DNA from: a bacterium
GTDB lineage: Bacteria; Patescibacteriota; Minisyncoccia; Portnoybacterales; GWB1-42-6
Reading direction: 5' to 3'
NCBI GenBank assembly: GCA_043800535.1
Contig: JAZDMV010000026.1
Span: forward strand, 5,781-69,780
DNA: 64,000 bases
Shown here: in pieces, positions 54,045 to 63,240 of the stretch
Position numbering within the stretch: the first letter of the stretch is position 1
Layout of the letters: each line of letters starts with the position of its first letter
The notes under the pieces: generated by a model
Told to the model about the DNA's origin: nothing
Database searches by the model: none
What the model saw: only the letters and a program-made list of their open reading frames with translations
Translations under genes and position numbers: made by a program

Positions 54045-55055
54045 TTACGGTAAGGCCGCTCGAAACGCCTCAAGCGAGGCGGCGTCAGACCAGACCCGCC
54101 AGTCTTTTTCTTTGTTTTCATTAAACCAAATCCAGCCTTTGATTTCCGGCTGGCTGGTAATTTGCTTGAACGCGTCGCTTATCCAGGCGGCTTTTTTTGT
54201 CCCTTGGGCGCTGGCAATAGAGAAAACATAGATCGGTTTCTTAAGCACCTTTAGGGCTTCGTTAGTCCGGCTGAAAACTTCGTTATAACTTTGCCACGGC
54301 TCGCCGGTGTTAAAGCCGTCAGCTCCGACATAGTCAACATACTGGTCGCCCGGATAAAGGAGCTTAATTTGGTTCTCCACGGAACCGGGAACATTATTGA
54401 CATTGATAGCCCAGCCGAATCTGACGTTTGGAATGTTTTTAAAAAAATCGTGGACATATCGATAAGCCAGAATGTGTTTTTCTGCGTTGTTACCGTTTTT
54501 CGTGATTGAACAGGGGAACCAGTTGCCGTTCATTTCTGAAAAAGGGATTAAGATAACTGGCCAGCCAAAGTCTTTGGCGTTTTTGGCAAAAGTCGTAAAA
54601 TAGCTGTCCCAGTCGCCTCGCAATACTGCGTCGTAGGAAAAGCGTGGCTGTTCGGCGGAAGCAACATTATAATCCGTCGCTTCCCAAAAAATAACCAGTG
54701 TTTTGTCGTCTTTTTTGATAAGCGGGCCAAGATAAGAAGGAAATTCATTTTCGTTCCCCCAGTGGAGAAAAAGCGCGACCAATGGCATTTTTTTACCGAC
54801 TTTTTGTTCAAAATCAATAATGTCGGAATCCTGCCAGCCATTATAGGCGCCCCAGGCAAGAGTGTTTAGAGAAGGGAAGTTGGCCGGCTGGGCAGGCAAA
54901 AATTTTAGTTGTGCCGCGTCGTTATTCTGACCAAAAAATCGGTCAGAAAGAAGAACTGATCCGGAATATTTGTAGATCGCGAATAAAGCGCCGGCGGCTG
55001 AAAGAGCGACCAATATTATCAGTATTATACTTGATGTGTTTTTATTTTTTCTCAT
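54045..55055 (-). CDS. Secreted glycoside hydrolase, GH26-like (mannanase/endoglucanase family)
   Basis: Signal anchor; WEATDYN-type and GWAINVNN regions resemble GH26 catalytic strands; family call is from memory. Confidence 0.5.
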   Translation of the reverse strand: MRKNKNTSSIILIILVALSAAGALFAIYKYSGSVLLSDRFFGQNNDAAQLKFLPAQPANFPSLNTLAWGAYNGWQDSDIIDFEQKVGKKMPLVALFLHWGNENEFPSYLGPLIKKDDKTLVIFWEATDYNVASAEQPRFSYDAVLRGDWDSYFTTFAKNAKDFGWPVILIPFSEMNGNWFPCSITKNGNNAEKHILAYRYVHDFFKNIPNVRFGWAINVNNVPGSVENQIKLLYPGDQYVDYVGADGFNTGEPWQSYNEVFSRTNEALKVLKKPIYVFSIASAQGTKKAAWISDAFKQITSQPEIKGWIWFNENKEKDWRVWSDAASLEAFRAALP

Positions 55056-55423
55056 GCCTTTAAATTATAACCCATATTGTTAAGTATTAACAAGAAAAAA
55101 AGATTAATTATGAATATTTAATTATTGGAGTGTTGTCCAGGCATCTCATTCAGGGAGCAGAATTGGGCAATAAGCCGCGAAAAAAACCTGACAGAAGAGG
55201 TTATTTTTGGTATAGTGTGCAAAGACGAATTTGGCATTCTTCAATCTTTTTCAAGTGATTGGTTGACAAAAGCACGGTTTATGTAGTAATATATAACATT
55301 AAAATGATGATAATTTTGAGGCAAGAAACTAGCCTCAAATGTGAATAAAGGACAGTTCTTTTTTAACTTAATTATCGGTGAAAACGCCTAAAAATACAAA
55401 AAATACATAAAGGAGGGGTTGCT

Positions 55424-56725
55424 ATGGAAAAGACATGGGGAAAGTGTGTTTTGTTGGTGGCAGTGGCGATGGCCATTCTCTTTTCGTCCGAGGCATTGGC
55501 CTATAAATGGACGGAAATCGGGCGAGCGCCATTGCTGGGCAGCGTCAACGATAAATTGGCGCTGCAGCAGCAGATTGGCTTTGAGGTCAATAAAGCAAAA
55601 ATTATTAATGGTCTCAAAAAAGCCGAGCCGGGATGGAATGCGGAACAGACCCAAGCAGAAATCGCGTCTGTAATTCAAAGCGACCAGGGAGTTGAGGAAA
55701 TTTCTTTTTCTCCTGGCGCAAAATTTGCTTGGATGATTTTTCAGCCCAAAGACGGGCTGACATCCGTGATCAGAGACGTAGAATGGACAGGAAAAGAATC
55801 CATTGAAGGATTCAAGTTCGCTATCGTCTGTGGCCAACAGAAGCTCGATTTCTTCATTGCCAAAAAGTGCGGGAACCTTGCGTTTTTGGGCAAAAAGATA
55901 GCCGAAGTGAAAACCATTTCCGGGCCACCAGGATCTCCCGGACCTCCTGGTCCGCAAGGCCAGAAAGGTGAGCAGGGATTTCAAGGTCCACAGGGCCCTG
56001 AAGGCCCCCAAGGACCGGCTGGAGAATCATTTCAGCCGACTATCGTGAATAATTACTATAGCGATAGCAACGGTTATATTTACAAGCAGGCGTATCTAGT
56101 GGCGCCTTTCATAGCGGCATCTATGGGTTTCGGTGTCGGATATTATGCCGGATATGGATATGGCGGGTATGGTTACGGCGGATATAATTACAATGATTAT
56201 GGTCATGGCGGATATGACCGTGGCTATGGCAACAGATATGACCGTGGATATGGCCGTGACAGAGGAGAAAGTCGCAGTCGCCATGAATCTTTTGATCGTG
56301 GACATCGCGATTCCTATGACAGGGGCCATGCTCAAAAAGAGCATTATGGTCAAAGCGGACAAAGGTCGCGAGCGGATAGGGGAACATGGTCAGCCGACCG
56401 AACGGGTAGAAACGGCAGAATCGGAAGCTCGCAGGCCGGGCATGGATTCCATAATCAACACGGCTCGCATCAGCGGATAGGCAGAAGTCAGTCGTCAGTC
56501 GGATATTCTAGGGGCGGCAGCTCATATGGCAGCAGAGGATATTCGCAGCATTCTCCATCAACGGCAAGAGTCTCGCGCGGCGCAGGTTATTCTGGGTCAA
56601 GAGGTGCTGGAGTGAGCAGAGTAGCGTCCGGGTCATCGCGAGGTTATAGCGGCGGCGGAATGTCGCATGGAGGCGGCGGTCGCAACGGAGGCGGAGGCCG
56701 CTCGGGCGGAGGCGGTAGACATTGA
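55424..56725 (+). CDS. Secreted protein with collagen-like Gly-X-Y repeat and Gly/Tyr/Arg/Ser-rich disordered C-terminus
   Basis: RBS AAAGGAGGGG; signal peptide; GPPGSPGPPGPQGQKGEQGFQGPQGPEGPQGPAGE (about 12 triplets); then GYGYGGYGYGGYNYNDYGHGGYDRGYG...RSGGGGRH. Confidence 0.7.
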   Translation: MEKTWGKCVLLVAVAMAILFSSEALAYKWTEIGRAPLLGSVNDKLALQQQIGFEVNKAKIINGLKKAEPGWNAEQTQAEIASVIQSDQGVEEISFSPGAKFAWMIFQPKDGLTSVIRDVEWTGKESIEGFKFAIVCGQQKLDFFIAKKCGNLAFLGKKIAEVKTISGPPGSPGPPGPQGQKGEQGFQGPQGPEGPQGPAGESFQPTIVNNYYSDSNGYIYKQAYLVAPFIAASMGFGVGYYAGYGYGGYGYGGYNYNDYGHGGYDRGYGNRYDRGYGRDRGESRSRHESFDRGHRDSYDRGHAQKEHYGQSGQRSRADRGTWSADRTGRNGRIGSSQAGHGFHNQHGSHQRIGRSQSSVGYSRGGSSYGSRGYSQHSPSTARVSRGAGYSGSRGAGVSRVASGSSRGYSGGGMSHGGGGRNGGGGRSGGGGRH

Positions 56726-56835
56726 TAATTAACAGGAGGGAGATTCGTAAAAGAACGGGTCTTCCTCCTCTATCTTTCTGAAAACAAAAATATTGTTGCC
56801 AGAAAAATGGAGGATAAAGAATAAAACAGGAAACA

Positions 56836-56890
56836 AAAAACGTCCCGTTTCGCTCCGCCAGTTGGCGGACGGCGGAGGGGGCGTTTTTTG
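56836..56890 (+). terminator. Compound GC-rich hairpin with T-tract (…ctccgccagttggcggacggcggagggggcgttttttg)
   Basis: Inverted repeats ccgcc/ggcgg and ctccgcc/ggcggag followed by TTTTTTG. Confidence 0.6.
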
Positions 56891-56932
56891 TTTGTGCAAC
56901 ATTATTTTTTGTGGTAAAATTTAAGCAAATCA

Positions 56933-57976
56933 ATGTTCACAAAACGAACATTAGAAGAGTTTGTTGTATTCCTGAAAAAAAATAATTGGGAGGTTTACGG
57001 TCCAAAAAAAGACGAGCAGGAAGGAAGAATATTAGCCGGCCAAATAGACAGATTGGAAGAATTATTAATGGGGAGCGAGCTGCCGTTTTATTCGTTCAAA
57101 AAATTTTTTGTGCCGGAGCAAGAGACGCTCTTTGAATATAATAAAGAGGCTCTGAAGATAAAGATCAATGAAGGCCAAAAAAAAGCTATTTTGGGGATGA
57201 ATATTCTGGATCTGCGGGCGGTCCTGCTTTATGATCAGGTTTTTGAAAAGGACGCGTATTATCATACAAGGCGGCAAAAAATGCTGATTGTCGGGCACAG
57301 CTTAATTCCTCCTGTTTTACAGAATATCTTTGAGGCGATCTTTGAAGAGGACGTTTTGGAACATTTAAGCTTTGATATATTTTTGGCGTCAGGAAACAGG
57401 AAACAGCCCGCCCGCCTGGACTTCGTCCATGCGAAGTCGGGCGGGGATACAGAGAGCGCCGAAGAGTTCGTAGTTTTTACCGGTTCGCCTCTCGGGCAAA
57501 AGATATTGGATGATTTTGGCTATGATGAGTATATCCATATCCAGTTCAGCGGGCCGGTTCGTGAAGGCAAATTGGATGAGCGGATGCTGAAACTGAAAAA
57601 TAATCTTGAGAATAAGCACAATCAAAAAATTTGGGACGAGCTGGGGAAGAGATGCATTGAATGCGGTAAATGCACAATTATCTGCCCGACTTGTTTTTGT
57701 TTTCGCATAGATGATGAGGCGGCCTTAGCCGAAGAAAAAGGCGAGCGTCAGCGCTGCTGGGACGCCTGTTTCTACCAGGAATTTTCAGAGGTTGCGCTTA
57801 GTCATAAATTCTTAAATTCTGCCGCAGCGCGCATCTATTTTTGGTATTTTCATAAATTTGCCAGAATTCCGGAAGAATTCAATTTTATGGGATGCGTGGG
57901 ATGCCACCGATGCGCGGCGGTCTGCCCCGTTGGCATAGATATTGCGGAGGTGCTGAAAGAGATAGAAAGATCATAG
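56933..57976 (+). CDS. Hydrogenase/sulfite-reductase-type Fe-S subunit (AsrA/HydB beta-like)
   Basis: Two ferredoxin-like Cys clusters (CIECGKCTIICPTC; CVGCHRCAAVCP). Confidence 0.7.
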   Translation: MFTKRTLEEFVVFLKKNNWEVYGPKKDEQEGRILAGQIDRLEELLMGSELPFYSFKKFFVPEQETLFEYNKEALKIKINEGQKKAILGMNILDLRAVLLYDQVFEKDAYYHTRRQKMLIVGHSLIPPVLQNIFEAIFEEDVLEHLSFDIFLASGNRKQPARLDFVHAKSGGDTESAEEFVVFTGSPLGQKILDDFGYDEYIHIQFSGPVREGKLDERMLKLKNNLENKHNQKIWDELGKRCIECGKCTIICPTCFCFRIDDEAALAEEKGERQRCWDACFYQEFSEVALSHKFLNSAAARIYFWYFHKFARIPEEFNFMGCVGCHRCAAVCPVGIDIAEVLKEIERS

Positions 57977-58044
57977 ATTACAGATTTACAGATATACAGA
58001 TTGAACTTATCTGTACATCTGTAAAAATCTGTAATCTGTAAATT

Positions 58045-58878
58045 ATGTTTAATCCTTACCAAACCAAAACAGCCAAAATAGTCAAAATAACCGATTTGGC
58101 CTTTGGTATTAAGCTTTTTGAATTTGACGCAAAACCAGCGCACGAGCCCGGCCAGTTTATGATGCTTTCGCTGCCAGGTTTTGGCGAAGCGCCGTTTGCG
58201 CCGTGCAATAGGATCGGGAAAAATCTGGAATTGTGTGTGAGAGCCGTTGGACGGTTGACGAACAAGCTGCATTCTTTAAAAACAGGGGATAGAGTCGGTG
58301 TGCGCGGTTCTTACGGAAATGGATGGCCGGTCGCTGGCGCTCAAATTAAAAATGAAAAGTTAAAAGTTAAAAGTTTAGCTGAGAAGAAAAACTTATTAAT
58401 CGTTGTTGGTGGCCTGGGACTGGTGCCTCTGCGAAGTTTAATTATGGACAAAGAAAAATTTCTGGGGCGCGAGGCTCTCGTACAGATTTTTTATGGGGCG
58501 CGGACGCCAGACGATTTTTTATTTAGAGATGAATTTGAGAGCTGGCGGAAAAAAGGAATTGATATCCAACTGACGATAGACAAAGAATGCCCGGAATGGA
58601 GCGATTGCGTTGGGATGGTGCCGGTTCTGTTTGATAAGCGCAACGTAGTCAAGGAAGCGCGGGCATTTTTATGCGGGCCGCCGGTTATGTATAAGTCAGT
58701 TTTGCAGAAAGTGAAGGAACATAAATTCAGAGACGAAGATATTTTTTTATCATTTGAGCGGCGTATGCACTGCGGGGTGGGAGTATGCCAGCATTGCGCG
58801 ATCGGGCCTTTTTACACCTGTAAACAAGGGCCGGTATTCTCGTACGATAAAATAAAAAATATTCAAGGCGCAATTTAA
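58045..58878 (+). CDS. Hydrogenase gamma-like FAD/NAD-binding oxidoreductase with 2Fe-2S cluster (AsrB/HydG-like)
   Basis: Ferredoxin-NADP-reductase-like fold signatures and C-terminal CGVGVCQHCA...C cluster. Confidence 0.7.
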   Translation: MFNPYQTKTAKIVKITDLAFGIKLFEFDAKPAHEPGQFMMLSLPGFGEAPFAPCNRIGKNLELCVRAVGRLTNKLHSLKTGDRVGVRGSYGNGWPVAGAQIKNEKLKVKSLAEKKNLLIVVGGLGLVPLRSLIMDKEKFLGREALVQIFYGARTPDDFLFRDEFESWRKKGIDIQLTIDKECPEWSDCVGMVPVLFDKRNVVKEARAFLCGPPVMYKSVLQKVKEHKFRDEDIFLSFERRMHCGVGVCQHCAIGPFYTCKQGPVFSYDKIKNIQGAI

Positions 58879-58994
58879 AATATGGACTGGAAAGAAATTT
58901 TGGGCGAAGAAATACATGAAATGGGGCCGTTTATGCTTATGGCTTTGCTGTTTTTTGGCGGCCTTATCGCAGTAATCATTAAGACGCTATAAAG

Positions 58995-59225
58995 ATGTGT
59001 TTAACAATTCCAAAACAGGTTATATCAGTTAAAGGAAGCGTTGTTTGTGTCAGGTCAGCCAAAGGCCAGCAGGAAGTTGGCAGTTTGGTTAAGGCAAAAA
59101 AAGGCGATTGGGTTTTGACGCAGAATGATGTTATTATCAGAAAAATTAGCCAAAAACAAGCAGAAGAGATCGACATGTTAATGTCGTCCCGAGGCGCGAA
59201 GCGACGAAGGGATCCCGTCCGATAA
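58995..59225 (+). CDS. hypC: Hydrogenase maturation factor HypC/HupF
   Basis: Diagnostic N-terminal MCLTIP (MC[LI][AGT][IV]P) motif; about 76 aa. Confidence 0.75.
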   Translation: MCLTIPKQVISVKGSVVCVRSAKGQQEVGSLVKAKKGDWVLTQNDVIIRKISQKQAEEIDMLMSSRGAKRRRDPVR

Positions 59226-59275
59226 CTACGGGATTGCTTCGTTACTACGTTTCTCGCAATGACGATTTGGAAAAT

Positions 59276-60187
59276 ATGAATAAAAAAGGCCTGCTTTTAG
59301 TTTTTTTTACCGCTGTAATTTCCGGTTTTTCGATTTTTATCAATAAATACGGGATTAGCGGGACTGATCCCTATATCTTTACTTTTTTGAAAAACGTGAT
59401 GGTTGCCGTAGTTCTTAGCGGATTCGTACTGCTGGCAAAGGAATGGCGACAACTGGCTAAGCTGACAAAGAAACAATGGCTGATTCTTGTGACAATCGGT
59501 TTTGTGGGTGGCGGTCTGGCCTTTTTGCTTTTTTTCAAAGGGTTGTCCATCACTTCAGCCGCGCAGGGCTCGTTCGTTCATAAAACGATGTTTGTTTATA
59601 CAATGGTTTTGGCCGCGATTTTTTTGCGTGAAAAAATAAGGAAAGAGATGATAATCGGAGGCCTGTTGATTCTGGCGGGGAATTTGCTGGCTTTAAAAAC
59701 CCTTAATTTGTCTTTTAATCGCGGAGATTTTTATGTATTCTTGGCGACGCTGCTTTGGGCGGCTGAAAGTATCATATCAAAATACGTCCTCAGGGATTTG
59801 TCGGCTAAAATTGTGGCTTGGGGCAGAATGTTTTTTGGAGCTGTTTTGATTTTGATTTTTTTGGCTGCAAACGGCCAGCTGGCGATGATCGGTCATATTA
59901 GCTTTGAGCAGACGCTTTGGATTGAGATCACTTCTTTGATCTTGTTTGGCTATGTCATAACTTGGTACAGCGGCCTAAAATATGTTTCTGTTTCTGCGGC
60001 GGCAAGTGTTTTGATTTTGGGTTCGCCCATCACGATTTTTCTGGCTTTTGCCGCCACCGGGAAAATAAGTTTTGGAGAAATTATTTCAAGCGGCTTAATT
60101 ATGAGCGGCTTGGCAATGATTTTGGGATTTCAATATATTTTAGAAAGAATAAAACAGCTGAAAGGCAAAATTAATGTCAGGGCTTAA
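59276..60187 (+). CDS. EamA/DMT-superfamily transporter
   Basis: Ten predicted TM helices in two EamA-like halves. Confidence 0.7.
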   Translation: MNKKGLLLVFFTAVISGFSIFINKYGISGTDPYIFTFLKNVMVAVVLSGFVLLAKEWRQLAKLTKKQWLILVTIGFVGGGLAFLLFFKGLSITSAAQGSFVHKTMFVYTMVLAAIFLREKIRKEMIIGGLLILAGNLLALKTLNLSFNRGDFYVFLATLLWAAESIISKYVLRDLSAKIVAWGRMFFGAVLILIFLAANGQLAMIGHISFEQTLWIEITSLILFGYVITWYSGLKYVSVSAAASVLILGSPITIFLAFAATGKISFGEIISSGLIMSGLAMILGFQYILERIKQLKGKINVRA

Positions 60188-60959
60188 GATAGCTGCACTT
60201 TACGGACTGGCGCCGCATCGGCTTGGCCTCTGCGGACCGAAGGAAGCGGCGCGACAGAATATTTTGCGGAGGTTTCTTGGAGGTAAAGTGCAGGCAGCAA
60301 AAGCTAGGAAGGTCTTGGAAGGTTTCAGAGGTGCTTACCCCTATTATCGGTTGATCGCCAGGAGCAACAAAATAAAAGACCCGCTAAATGAGAAAGTCGT
60401 CAGAGCTTACTGGATAGGCAATAAATTGCTGGATAATGTAAAAAATACGGATTTAAAAAAAATGATTGCGGGTGATTTTTCCAGGCCGGGGCTTCTTTCA
60501 GAAAACATGGCGGCAAAAAAGGCCGAACTAATTGGGCTTCTCGCCAAACCGCATCACAGTTTCCATGTTTTGGCGATTGGCTCGGTGACCGGCAGCGTTG
60601 ATTTTGTAAATACCAAACTGAAAGATATTTGTCGGCCGGGATGGGGGAGAGTGACGCGTAGCGTCATCCCCGCGAAAGCGGGAATCCAGGTTAAGAAATC
60701 TGGATTCCGTGTCAAGCACGGAATGACAAAAAGTGTAGGAAAAATTACCGTCGAATACCAGCCGCTCGTCGGAGAGAAAAGAATAAAACTAGGTAAGCCG
60801 GTCAAAAAAGAGGTTTTCTGGGACAAGACGATTGTACCAGAAATAAAAATAGGGGATTGGGTTTCGTTCCATTGGAACTGGCTAGTCGAGGTTTTAAAAA
60901 GAAAAGATGTCGAAAATTTAAAAAAATACACTTTAAATACACTAAGGTGTCTAAAATAA
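60174..60959 (+). CDS. Hypothetical protein carrying an in-frame family-1 repeat insertion
   Basis: ORF reads through repeat copy 6; inserted peptide VTRSVIPAKAGIQVKKSGFRVKHGMTKS. Confidence 0.5.
   Translation: MSGLKIAALYGLAPHRLGLCGPKEAARQNILRRFLGGKVQAAKARKVLEGFRGAYPYYRLIARSNKIKDPLNEKVVRAYWIGNKLLDNVKNTDLKKMIAGDFSRPGLLSENMAAKKAELIGLLAKPHHSFHVLAIGSVTGSVDFVNTKLKDICRPGWGRVTRSVIPAKAGIQVKKSGFRVKHGMTKSVGKITVEYQPLVGEKRIKLGKPVKKEVFWDKTIVPEIKIGDWVSFHWNWLVEVLKRKDVENLKKYTLNTLRCLK
60646..60728. repeat. Composite palindromic repeat, family 1, copy 6, inside CDS 60174-60959 without breaking the frame
   Basis: gtcatccccgcgaaagcgggaatCCAG-gttaagaaat-CTGGATtccgtgtcaagcacggaatgac. Confidence 0.8.
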
Positions 60960-61720
60960 TCAAAAAGCCCACAATCGCGATCGTTTCTCTGACCTGCTGC
61001 GAAGGTTGTCAGGTGGCGATTTTGGATTTGGGCGAAAGATTGCTTGAGCTGACGGAAAAGGTTAAGATCGGCGATTTTGCGATGATCGAGGACGAACCGG
61101 AGGCAGAAAATTTTGATGTCGTTTTTGTTGAAGGCACGCCCATAACTTCAAAAAATATCTCACGGCTGAAAGATCTGCGGAATCGAAGCAAATTTTTAGT
61201 GACTATCGGCGCCTGCGCTTGTCTTGGCGGCATTGCCGAGCTTAAAAATTATCAGGACAAGAACGAGCGCCTGCGTTATGTCTATAAAAATGTTGAGGGC
61301 ATAGAAAACCCGGATATCAAACCCGTCAAACATTACGTCAAGGTTGATTTGGAAATTCCCGGTTGTCCGATAAACAAGGAAGAATTTTTATGGGCGGTTA
61401 AAGAATTAATCTCGGGCGTTGTTCCCAAAATTCCCCAGCGGCCGGTTTGTTATGAATGTCAGCTTAAGCAGAATAAGTGTCTTTTGCAGGAAGGATTGCC
61501 TTGTTTAGGCCCGATGATCTTGGGCGGCTGCGGCGCGCCATGTCCTTCCAGCAACTATCCTTGCGACGGTTGCCGCGGACCGCTAAGGGGTATGAATTTG
61601 AATAATTTTATGAAATCTTTACGCGAACTTTACGGGTGGAATCAGCGAGAAATTGATTTGATAATGCAAAGATTTGGCATGCTGGATGACAGTTACCCGC
61701 AACCGCCGACAGTAAAATAA
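60947..61720 (+). CDS. [NiFe] hydrogenase small subunit (group-3-type delta)
   Basis: IAIVSLTCCEGCQVA proximal-cluster Cys motif, GACACLGG, GCP; start uncertain (GTG at 60947 or ATG at 60857 overlapping the previous gene). Confidence 0.75.
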   Translation: MSKIIKKPTIAIVSLTCCEGCQVAILDLGERLLELTEKVKIGDFAMIEDEPEAENFDVVFVEGTPITSKNISRLKDLRNRSKFLVTIGACACLGGIAELKNYQDKNERLRYVYKNVEGIENPDIKPVKHYVKVDLEIPGCPINKEEFLWAVKELISGVVPKIPQRPVCYECQLKQNKCLLQEGLPCLGPMILGGCGAPCPSSNYPCDGCRGPLRGMNLNNFMKSLRELYGWNQREIDLIMQRFGMLDDSYPQPPTVK

Positions 61721-61733
61721 TTTTAAAAAATTC

Positions 61734-62999
61734 ATGCATATAAAAATTGACCATATCGCAAAAATAGAGGGGCATGCCGGATTTGTGGCTGATATTGCCG
61801 GCGGCAATGTTATAAAAGCCAGATTAGATGTGGCCGAAGGCGCACGGTTGCTTGAGGGAATTTTGCAAGGCCGGTCATATGACGAAGTTTCGCAAATAAC
61901 GGCCAGAATCTGCGGCGTTTGCCCTGTTGTGCACACGCTAACGAGTTTAAAGGCGCTTGAATCAGCAATGGGTGTTTCGATATCGGCGCAGACGATACTG
62001 TTGCGTAAACTTATGATGATGGGGCAGATCTTAAACAGCCATGCCCTGCATCTTTTTTTCTTTTCTCTTTCTGATTTTTTTGGATTTAAAAACGACCTGG
62101 CGCTGATTAAAAAATATCCGGGCAGAGCCAAAGAAGCGCTTATCCTGCGGGAATACGGCAATAAGATCATCGAAATTATCGGCGGCCGCTCGATCCATCC
62201 TTTGACGCCGGAAGTAGGCGGTTTCAAGAAACTGCCAGATGAAAAAAAATTAGAGGCGCTCGCGGCGCAAAGCAAAAAAGCGCTTGGCGCCGCCTGCAAT
62301 TTGGCTGAATTTTTTGGTCGGCTTAAATATCCTGATTTTAAAAGAAATTCTCAGTTTATTTGTTTAAGCGCGCCTGATGAGTACGCGATATATGATGGCA
62401 TAGTTCGGACAGGGATCAAAGAGATAGAGCGCGTCAGTAATTTTGTGGGCAAAATTAAAGAGGCGCAGATTGAACAAAGCGCAGTTAAGAGAGCTGGCTG
62501 GCGCGGCGAGCCCTATATGGTTGGTGCATTAGCGCGCTTGAATTGCCAGGCCAAAAATTTGAATCCGAAAGCCAAGACAATTTTTCGCAATACTGACCTT
62601 GTTTTGCCGAGCCAAAATCCATTCCATAATATTCTGGCGCAGGCAATCGAAATGGTGCATTGTGTTGAGGAAAGCCGGAAACTGCTTGAGGAAATAAAAG
62701 AGCAAGGCATTGAATTTGAAAAGCCAGGATTTGAAATAAAAGCAGGCAAAGGGTATGGCGCGATGGAGGCGCCGCGCGGCACGCTTTTTTATTATTATGA
62801 ATTGGGCAGCGATGGTTTGGTAAAAAATGCCAATATCATTACGCCGACTTCGCAGAACCTGGCGCGCCTGGAAAGGGATCTGGCTGAATATCTGCCAAAA
62901 TTGACAAAAGGCAAAACCGCCTGCAAGGAAGAATGCGAGGATCTTATTAAAATGTTGGTTCGGGCGTATGACCCATGCCTGACCTGCGCTACGCACTAA
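61734..62999 (+). CDS. [NiFe] hydrogenase large subunit (group-3-type alpha)
   Basis: N-terminal RICGVCPVVH (RxCGxCxxxH) and C-terminal DPCLTCATH (DPCxxCxxH) Ni-Fe ligand motifs. Confidence 0.85.
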   Translation: MHIKIDHIAKIEGHAGFVADIAGGNVIKARLDVAEGARLLEGILQGRSYDEVSQITARICGVCPVVHTLTSLKALESAMGVSISAQTILLRKLMMMGQILNSHALHLFFFSLSDFFGFKNDLALIKKYPGRAKEALILREYGNKIIEIIGGRSIHPLTPEVGGFKKLPDEKKLEALAAQSKKALGAACNLAEFFGRLKYPDFKRNSQFICLSAPDEYAIYDGIVRTGIKEIERVSNFVGKIKEAQIEQSAVKRAGWRGEPYMVGALARLNCQAKNLNPKAKTIFRNTDLVLPSQNPFHNILAQAIEMVHCVEESRKLLEEIKEQGIEFEKPGFEIKAGKGYGAMEAPRGTLFYYYELGSDGLVKNANIITPTSQNLARLERDLAEYLPKLTKGKTACKEECEDLIKMLVRAYDPCLTCATH

Positions 63000-63002
63000 T
63001 GC

Positions 63003-63239
63003 ATGCATGATTTCCATTTAGCCAATCAAATAGTTAAGATCGCGCAGGAATACGCGAAAAAAAACGGGCTGAAAACGGTCAAAAAAATTTGCATCGAGCT
63101 GGGAGATATTATTGAGCATGGGGAAAACATCAGCGCGGCGAACCTGCGGCATAACATAAATCTCTTGATGTCCTGCAAAATACAGATAAAAAAAATAAAA
63201 GGAGACAGCTGGAGGCTTGTCTCGATAGAAGGAGACTAA
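63003..63239 (+). CDS. HypA-like protein (N-terminal nickel-binding domain only, 78 aa)
   Basis: Starts MHDFHLANQIV (HypA MHE-type N-terminus); lacks the usual C-terminal CxxC...CxxC zinc finger. Confidence 0.5.
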   Translation: MHDFHLANQIVKIAQEYAKKNGLKTVKKICIELGDIIEHGENISAANLRHNINLLMSCKIQIKKIKGDSWRLVSIEGD

Positions 63240-63240
63240 T

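Noticed and set aside
56096-56387. His/Ile-rich minus-strand ORFs
   Set aside because: Antisense of the GY/RG-rich repeat region of the collagen-like gene; low-complexity artefact.
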